DNA from: an uncultured Stomatobaculum sp.
Lineage (GTDB): Bacteria > Bacillota > Clostridia > Lachnospirales > Lachnospiraceae
Length of the DNA stretch: 64,000 nt
Assembly (NCBI GenBank): GCA_916439095.1
Contig: CAKAGU010000002.1
Coordinates: 45,580-109,579 of the forward strand
Direction of reading: 5' to 3'
This document shows, piece by piece, positions 55,993 through 64,000 of the stretch (within the stretch, counting starts at the first letter, position 1; every line of letters starts with the position of its first letter). The notes beneath the pieces are model-generated. The model did no database searches, had not been told where the DNA came from, and saw nothing but the letters and a program-made list of their open reading frames with translations. Both the position numbers and the translations under genes were made by a program.

Positions 55993-57926
55993 TCACAGAA
56001 ACGCAAGGTTGAAGCGCCGCGCGCCCTCAGTGAGGCCAGAACTCTGCACGGAAATCTGAAACTGTTTCGTACGCGGCAGCAGCAGGAAAAGAGCGCGGTG
56101 AAGAGATGTGAGGCATTGCAGCGGAGCTCCGCGCGGAGCGAACCAGGCAGTGCGTGATCCCGGAAGGGCGTCTGTCCGTTCGGAGAGCGCTGTTTCCCAT
56201 GAGATCGAGCATGCGGTAATTCCGTTCAGCGCGGGAAGTTTGCGGTAGAAAAAGAGCAGGGCGTCCGGTAGGAGAGTCCTTCTCCGCTCTCTGACAGGGC
56301 GGCGGCGGGCGGCTGAAAGTCGCTGCTTTGCAAAAGAGCCGATCGGCAGAGATACGGGGAACCGGAGTAAGCACAAAGAGCGGTGCTTTCTGTCCGGCGA
56401 GCAGCAGAGACAGGTCTGTGAGACTGTCATAGGCTGCAATCGCATAGAGCAGCAGGAACCGGAGCAGGGCGCGAAGCCGCGGGGAAGCGGCCGCGGTACA
56501 AAAGAGCTGTCGGCGGCGTGGCCCGCGGCCTGACGGGCAGCCGGGTCAGAGGCAGCGCGAGCGAGACGAAGACTGCTGGTCCGCAAAGAGGCGGGAGCAG
56601 ACTGCTGAAAAGTTTTCGCGGTCGGTCTCCTTGCCGGCGCTCAGATATTCCAGCTGGAGGCTGAGACCTGCCTGCGCCGCCTCGTTCGTTTGGGACAAAT
56701 AGCAGGGGAAAAAGGAGGCCGCGTAGTGCGCAAAGAGACAATCATCGTCATCACTGCGCGAGGCGCGCAGCTCCCGCCGCCGCAAGCTGCGCGGAGGAAG
56801 CTCTGTGAGAGACAGGCTTCCGGCGGGAACGGCTGCACTCGCCGGAGGCAGAGGCGCCTCGCGGGTCGCGGGCTCGGTTCGAAGGAGAGCGGCGAGGGAG
56901 AGGAGCGGCGTCTGCCGAGGGCCGAGGCCGCGCTGAGGTCGGCGAGACTGAGCGCCGCGGAAAAGTCGGCGGCGAGCGAGATGCCGGAGGGCTTCGGCAT
57001 CGATGCCCATGCCGTCGTCTTCGTCATCTCTCTGGCTTCTTCGGCGATGCGCGCGGCAAGCTCCGCGGCAGCAGTCTCGTAGGCGGAGACCGTCGCTGTG
57101 AGAGCGGGAGCAGCCGTCCCGGCCGCGGAAATTTCGGGACGCCGCGCGCGAAAGGCAGCTGCCGTCTCGGAGACGGTCTCGTAAAGCGGCAGGAGCGCGG
57201 CCTCTTCCGCCTGTCCCGAAAAGGCGAACCGCGCACTGCCGTCTGTGAGTTGCGAGGAGAGCTGCAGGCAGTCGGCGGAAGCAAGCTCTGTTTGCCTGAG
57301 GGCTGCGGAGAGCGCGGCGGCATGTTGGGAGAAGTCAGGGAGATTACCGGCTGCGAGGCGCTGCGGCCGCAGCTTCTCGTCCGGCGTCCAGAGCTCTGCT
57401 CCAGCCGGAAATACAGCGCCTCGCTCTCCGCGGCGTCTGCAAAGAGGGGAGACAGCGCGGTCACGGACGGGGACACATGCTCGGCGAAGGTAAGACCGGG
57501 ACGATACTGCGTGAGCAGTGACACCGTGAGCGGCGCAGCGTCTCCAGGCTGTGTCTTCATGTAGTCGAGCATTTCCTGCTCCAGCCAGACCGCGCCGCCG
57601 TCACCGAGGAAGCCGGTTTCGAGCGGACGTATGGTCGCCTCGAAAAAGGGATAGCGCCCGGCATCCTGTTGGTATGCCTGTACGGCGCGGTCCAGTTCGG
57701 CTGCGCAGCGCTCGTCGCCCGGGTAGCGGTAGGCGAGGATGCGGTAGCGCGCAAAAGACGATGCGGTCATAGCGGAAAAACAGGGAATCACAGCGGCATT
57801 GGCGGCGAGAGCGGCATAATAACGGGTTCCCGCGGTTCGCGCGCTCTCAAGCAGCGCACAGATGAGGGCGCAGCAGGAAGTCAGAACCAGCGCGAGAAAC
57901 AGTGTGACCGAGCCGCGGAGCCGCAT
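55993..57926 (-). CDS. DUF5702/TadG-like protein, heavily frameshifted
   Basis: RGSVTLFLALVL...LESAR, QLEYL.AGKETDRENF. Confidence 0.6.
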
Positions 57927-58110
57927 CAGTAGACCTTGCCGGCCTGGTTATTAATCTCGCCGAAGGCGCGATTCAGGAGGGCAATGACCTGCCCTTGAAG
58001 AGCACCACCAGGGTCACGAGGACCACGACGGAATCAGAGATGAAAGGCTCAATCGTGGAAAAACCGTCTCCGAATCATCGTCAGCCAAACCGTTTCGCGA
58101 CAAACCTCCT
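57926..58110 (-). CDS. Flp1-family pilin, frameshifted
   Basis: DGFSTIE...VVLVTLVVLFK..I.LLNRAFGEINNQAGKVY. Confidence 0.6.
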
Positions 58111-59361
58111 GAATTTGTTTACAGAAGCTGAAAAACGCGGGGACCAAGCCATGACAATCATGACGACAAGGAGCATGAGAAAGAGCGGGAGCAGAAGCCT
58201 GGTTCCGGCTTCCTCGCCGAGACGCCGCGCCAGATTTTTTCGCTCCTCCCAGGCGAGAGTCATCTCGGCCGCAAGGATGGTGCGGAGGGCAGCGACGCCG
58301 GTTCTCTGATTTTGTTCGAGCAGCGAGGCGAGCTTCATATATGCCGGAGACCGCAGGCGCGCCCGAAGGCGCGGTACATCATGCTCTCGCTCGCCCGCGC
58401 GGAGCAGAAGCAGTGCTCTTTTAGCAGGTTCTTCGTGGGCGGCGCGCGGTGCCGCTTTTTCTGCTGTTCGGCGCTGTAATCCACGGCAATCGAGGCGGGG
58501 CGTTGCGGGCATTCATTCCTGCGCCGAGCAGCACGAGGAGCGGACACGAGCTCAGGGGTGAGTCGAGCAGGAGCTGCCGCTGCCGCAAAGCGGCGGCGTC
58601 CGCCCTGTCCTGTCGCTCTTTCAGGAGAAACAGCAGCGCGGCGACAGCGCCGAGCAAAGAAAGAGGCGCGCTTCGCGGTGTTTCTTTTCGCGGTAGCGGA
58701 GCGCATGTCCTAGTATTCCCGGGGAGGAGAGTTCAGGCGCTGCTAGCCGCCGGCTGTCCTCCGCCCTGCAGATAGGCGAGAAAGTCCTTGGTGCGCTGTG
58801 CCGCCGGATCCGCAGCGGGCGGCAGTATCGTGAGGGGCAACAGGAAGCGGAGCCCCTCGCGCGCCGGTGTATCGCGGAGTGTCACTGTCAGTGTGAGCTC
58901 TGCGGGTCCGGTCAGCGCGGCGTTATTCACATTGCCGTAGCTGTCGAGCAGCGCAGGGTCGGAAGAGATAGCTCGCCGAAGAGCCTTCTTCCGGGAAAAG
59001 GGCGGGGAAGTCGAGGCGGCCGCGGATTTCCGCGAGCGAGGCGTTGCCGTTTAAGACGACAAGCGGCAACTTTTCCATACAGCGATCCGCGGCAGCTTTA
59101 AATTCGGCGTCCGTATAGCGGCGCGCCTGTGCACGAAGGCAGGTTCTGTCTCGCCGTCCCCGAGAGTCCGTCGACAATCAGATCATAGCGGCTGTCGGCG
59201 CCGCCGTAAAGATTCCTTGGCAGGGCGTGCGGCCGTTTTCGAGCGAGGCGCGGGCGAGGGTGCCGCAAGGTGGCAAAGAGGTAGAAGGGCAAGCCCTGCG
59301 GCCCGAGGCAGAGGCAGGGCGCACGATAGCGTTTCAGCAGGGAGAAAAGTCGTTTTTGCAC
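58100..59361 (-). CDS. TadC-like type II secretion F protein, frameshifted
   Basis: LLGAGM, YMKLASLLEQN, GEEAGTRLLLPLFLML. Confidence 0.7.
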
Positions 59362-60103
59362 TGGCCGCTCCCTGGAAATGGAAGAGATGCGCTGTGACAA
59401 GTAGAGCGCGAAGAGAGTAGGTGGCAAGGCAGAGGTCATCACGAGACGCCTGAGCAGGGTCTCGTACGACGGCGGAGAAAACTCGGGAGAAGAGAAGTCG
59501 ACTATAGAGAATCATGAAGAGCGGCACGAGGTTCATGACGCGCTGCCAAAGCGCGCGCCGCGGCGAGTGCAGGTAGTTTCCTCTTGATCTGGATGCGGTC
59601 GCCGATCACCTCACTGGTGCAGCGCAGGATTCGGCGAGATCGCCACCGGACTTTCTCGCTACTGCGGAGCACCGGGCAAAAGGATCTTGATGTCATCGAG
59701 GCCGCTGCGCCTTGCGAAGTCATCGACCGCCTGTTCCGGCGGAATGTTCATCCCGATTTGCCGCAGTAAATAAGAGAATTCGCGGACGATGAGTGAGGTG
59801 TTTCCGTAGAGGACGCTGAGTTCGCCGAGGCCTCGCGAAGTGCGTCTCGAGGAATAGCCCGCGCTCAGCGGAGGCGCGAACAGAGGCGCTTCGCGGAAAG
59901 CAAGCAGGGTTTTCGCCGCCGTGCAGCGGCGAGCCCTCGCTGTGTGAAGGAAAGAGAAAAAGCGAGGGAAACGGGAGAGAAAAAAGAGGTTCCGGTAAAG
60001 ACAAAAGGTAAAAGAGTCCTGTGATGAGAAGAGCGCGGAACAGAAGTCGGAGATACTCCCGAAGGGAGAGCGTGTAGCGCTCATAGGACGAGACCGGCAG
60101 CAT
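59362..60103 (-). CDS. TadB-like type II secretion F protein, frameshifted
   Basis: LSAGYS, MNIPPEQAVDDFARRSGLDDI, MNLVPLFMILY. Confidence 0.7.
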
Positions 60104-61299
60104 CGAGCTTTCCGCGGCGCCTGAGGGTTCCGACCGCGCGGAGTTCTCCCCGCACCCGGAAACCGTCCTGTTCTTTTTCACTCCTGAAAGGCAAAGAGAT
60201 CGTGCGAGTACAATTTCGCCATGTGAGACACCCCCGATTTCCGTGATGGAAAGCACACGGCGGCTCCGGTCGCGGAGTCGGCCGAGATGCACAATGAGAT
60301 CCAGTGCGCTTGCAATTTGTCGTTGAATCGCGGCGAGCGGGAGATTGGCGCCGCCGAGCGCCATGGTCTCGAGCCGTGTCAGCATATCGGCGGCCGAATT
60401 GGCGCCGACCGGTCGAGAGGGCCGTCGTGGCCGGTATTCATCGCCTCGCAGCATATCGAGGGCCTCGGCGCCGCGCACTCGCCGACAATGAGTGCGGTCG
60501 GGGGTTCATGCGGAGACTGGCGCGCAGATCAGGTCGGCAATACGGGTTGGCCCTCCCTTCGGCATTCCGGTTGCGGGTTTCGAGGCGCACCAGATTTTCG
60601 ATGTGGAGAAGTTGAAGCTCCGCGGAATCCTCAATCGTGATGACGCGTTCGGTTTTCGGAATAAAAGCGGAGAGTGCGTTTAAAAAGGTCGTCTTGCCGG
60701 AATTGGTACCGCCGCTGATGAAGATGTTATAGCCCGGCTGCAACCGCTTTTTCAGAAAGGCGGCGGCCTCGGCTGTCAGTGTCCCGAAACCGATCAGTGT
60801 TTCCATCGTGATGGGCTCGGGGAATTTTTCGAATGGTGACAGCGGGACCGCCGAGGGAGATCGGCGGCGGCACGATATGAACCCGGCTGCCGTCAGGGAG
60901 GCGCGCATCCGCAATGGGGTTGAGACATTGACGCTGCGGTTTACGCGGCTCTGTCGCTGAATCATATCCTCCAACTGCTCCTCGCTTGCGAAAATGCAGG
61001 TCGCAGCGCTCACCTGCCGCGTCGCTCCACGAAAAATCCGGTCCTTGCCGTTCACCGCAGATTTCCGTGACATCTTTTTGATCGAGGTTCCTGGGTATGT
61101 CCAGCCTGCGAAAAGGAATTGAAAAGAGTTGCGGAATACAGCTGATCGCTGACAGAAGAGCAACTGTGTGGCGCGGAGCTGTGAAATCGCGGCATCAATC
61201 TCTGCGAAGAGCGCGGCATCACTTGCATCCTGCATGGCTCGGCTCGTTTCAGACAGCTGTTCCCGAAGCGGAAGCGTAGAATACTTCCAAGGACTTCAT
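60100..61299 (-). CDS. cpaF: CpaF/TadA pilus assembly ATPase, frameshifted
   Basis: ISGGTNSGKTTFLNAL, ITIEDSAEL, SLRMNP, RGAEALDML. Confidence 0.85.
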
Positions 61300-61818
61300 G
61301 GGCTCTCCTTTCGTCGTACATATATAAGGACGGTCAAAACGGGAAAAAGGTTCGAAGATTTTCTAAAAAAGTTTTATTTTTTTCGATGCGACGGGAAAAC
61401 GGTGAAATAGGGGGTTACAACCGGTGCAGCGGCAGGCGGAAGGGCAGCAGGCGTCGGCGCGAGAGTGTTTGCGGTGTAAAAAGCCGTGCGTCCGGGAAGG
61501 TAGCGGGAATCGGCGCGGCGGTGTGAAGAGAAACCGAGATTCGGCGCACCTATGCTGTGACAGATGAGGGTATCGATAAGAGGGCGGTTACAAACGGGTA
61601 TGGCGGCAGACGGCAAAGCGCGGAGGAGTCGGTATACGAGAGGTTTTGCAGCGTGAAAGAAGTGCGGTGAGGTGTGCGGTTAGCGGCCGGTGCGGCGGCG
61701 AAAAGAGGGCGCATAGGCGGGTGCGCGAGGGGCTTCTGCGGAATTGGACAAAAAAAGCGCGGTGCTGTAAAGTAAAGACAGCACTGCGCGTTACAGACAG
61801 GAAAGAGGAGAGCTTGAG

Positions 61819-62240
61819 ATGAGAAAAGACGACTGTATTTTTTGTAAGATTGCGAACGGCGAAATTCCGTCGACGGAGATCTGTGAGAACGAGGGATACC
61901 GCGTGATTCTGGACCTCGGTCCCGCATCGAAGGGACACGCTCTGGTGTTGCCGAAGGAACATTACGACAATAGTCACGGAGATGCCGGAACAGGCAATCG
62001 GCGAGGCGTTTTTCGCTCGCAGGCAAGGTCGGCAAGGCGATGCAGCGCGGCCTCGGCGCCGCAGGGTTTTGAAACCCTGTTCAGAACAACGGCACGGCGG
62101 CCGGTCGGACGGTATTTCACTTCCACATCCATTATCCCGCGCTACGAGAACGGCCCGGAGATGGCTGCGTGGACCCCGGGCAAGGCAGAGCCGGAGGAAC
62201 TAGAAGGCAACTGCCGAGAGCATCCGCAAAGCGCTCTGGG
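61819..62240 (+). CDS. HIT family protein, frameshifted
   Basis: DCIFCKIANGEIPS, GHALVLPKEH, FHFHIHIIPRY. Confidence 0.85.
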
Positions 62241-62247
62241 CACGGCG

Positions 62248-62850
62248 ATGGAGCTATATCGGAGAGTCGAAATGCGCCGGTCACGGATTGGATGATTCTC
62301 ATCAATGTGCTGGTGTTTCTCTACACTGCACTCCCGCGGCGGCATGAGCGACAATGACATTCTGCTTCGCTACGGCGCGAGCTATACGCCCTATATTTTC
62401 GAGAAGCACGAGTACGGAGACTGCTCGCAGCTTTCTACACTTCGGCATACGGCATCTCGGAACAATATGCTGGTTCTCTTTGTGACCGGCGACAGTCTGG
62501 AGCACGCACTGGGGCATGTCAAGTACCTGGTATTCTATCTGCTTTCGGCCGTCGGCACTTCGGCCTGCTCTATGCGGTCGAGGTGTGGATGAGAAGAAAG
62601 TGCTGAGTGCCGGCGCTTCGGGCGTGGTCTTTGCCGTGCTCGGCGGTCTGATCTGGGTGCTCATCAGAAACCGCGGGCGCTGAAGAGTTCCGTATCCGGA
62701 ATCTACTCTTTTTCTCGGGGCTTATGCTGCTTGGCGGCTTTATCTCGAGAGTCGACAACGTGGCACACACGAGCGGTCTTCTGATCGGGTTTCTGCTCGC
62801 GGTCGTGCTTTACCGGCGACCAGCAGTCACGCTGTTCAGCACGGACGTGA
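62248..62850 (+). CDS. Rhomboid intramembrane protease, frameshifted
   Basis: [25 protein letters not shown]. Confidence 0.75.
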
Positions 62851-63880
62851 GCCTGAGCCACGCCGTTGGCGCTGCCGCCCGCTTCCATCGCGGCGAGTAG
62901 CGCGCGCGGTCGGCGTGAGGTTTCCGCACGGCGGCGAGTGAAGTATCTGCGACAGGGACTCTTCCTCAAGGACACGGGAGTAGCCCTGTTTTTCGTAGAG
63001 ACGGGCATTCAGAATCTGGTCGCCGCGGCTCGCTTTTGCGGAGAACGGAATCAGGACATTGGGCTTCGGAGCGCGAGAATTTCGCAGATGGCGTTGCGCG
63101 GCGCGGCTCACCCGATGATATCGGCGAGCGCAAAGTAGTCCTTCAGCTCCTCGGAGACATACTCAAACTGGCGGTAGCTGGGGTGTCGGAAAGCGCCGGG
63201 TCAGGTTATTCTTGCCGCGATGTGCAGCACCTGAAATTCCTTCAGAGAGGTCCCGGCAGGGCGTCGCGGACGGCGGCATTGACCGCGCGCAGGAACCGAG
63301 ACTGCCGCCGATCACGAGAAGCACCGGGCGCGAAGCGGAGAAGCCGGTCAGCGCGAGGGCGGTTTCCGGTTGCCGGAAGGAGCTCGGCGCGTATCGGAGA
63401 GCCGGTCAGCACCGCCTTGTCCTTCGGGAGGAGCGAGAGCGTCTCAGGAAGATTACAGCAGATTTTTGGTCGCCGCGCTGTGGGAGACGGTTTGCGAGGT
63501 CCGGCGTCATATCCGACTCGTGAATCACGGCGGAATGCCGAGGCGCTTTGCGGCGCGCACCACGGGGACGAGCGACACAGCCGCCCTTCGAAAAGATGAG
63601 GTCCGGCCGAGAGTCTCTGGGAATGGCGCTTTGCCTCGTAGTATCCTTTCAGAACCCGGAAGGGTCGGTGAAATTTTCCAGTCGAAATAGCGGCGCAGTT
63701 TTCCCGAGGAAATGCCGCGGTGGGGCGTGCCGGTCGCTTCGATTAATTTGCGCTCCATGCCTCGTGCAGGAGCCGATGTATGGGACTCATAGCCCGCCTC
63801 GCGACGAAGAGCCGGGAGCAGGGCGATATTCGGCGTGACATGGCCTGCGGTACCGCCGCCGGTCAGAACGATTTTTCAGT
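62830..63880 (-). CDS. murG: Undecaprenyl-PP-MurNAc-pentapeptide GlcNAc transferase, frameshifted
   Basis: [43 protein letters not shown]. Confidence 0.88.
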
Positions 63881-64000
63881 TTACGAACCTCTCCTTACAG
63901 GGGTAAGATGAAGAAACACTATGTCTTTTTATTTTACTCTGCGGAGGGCATTATCTCAAGGCGACAAAGAGCAATGTGACGATCAGTATTATCGGAGCCA

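Noticed and set aside
3905..63880. Widespread frameshifts suggesting mass pseudogenisation or phase variation (BREX, integrase, rib, Tad)
   Set aside because: Indels also hit essential or core genes such as murG and often fall at homopolymers, which fits uncorrected long-read error; true inactivation cannot be judged without polishing

Overview
Firmicute (Lachnospiraceae-like, inferred) DNA carrying many 1-bp indels in conserved genes, most likely long-read consensus errors, so many CDS limits are stitched across frameshifts and approximate. Bases 1-26377 are the right part of an integrative conjugative/mobilisable element ending at a 3' half of tRNA-Arg(CCT). It carries RadC/JAB, TTRAP, MobC, a relaxase and a candidate oriT. 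Next comes a type 1 BREX operon (XRE, brxA, brxB, brxC, pglX, two unknown inserted genes, pglZ, no brxL), then a WYL regulator. An intact IS3-family element sits inside the promoter of a LexA-like repressor, followed by zinc-ribbon miniproteins, an XRE gene and an AbiF/Abi_2 HEPN toxin with a structured 3' region. A candidate ~320-nt structured RNA with complementary hairpin loops precedes an orphan MazF, excisionase-like genes and a tyrosine integrase. Bases ~26380-32930 are an older accreted island: hipBA, HIT, methyltransferase, Fic and an internally deleted second pglZ. The rest is GC-richer core genome: nuclease, pepF, yfbR, ArsR-HMA-cadA, LysR, an FMN-riboswitch rib operon, cidA/lrgB, glgB, a Tad/Flp pilus locus, HIT, rhomboid and murG. 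The best novelty candidates are the gene pair inside BREX, the RNA plus orphan MazF unit, and the AbiF 3' RNA units.
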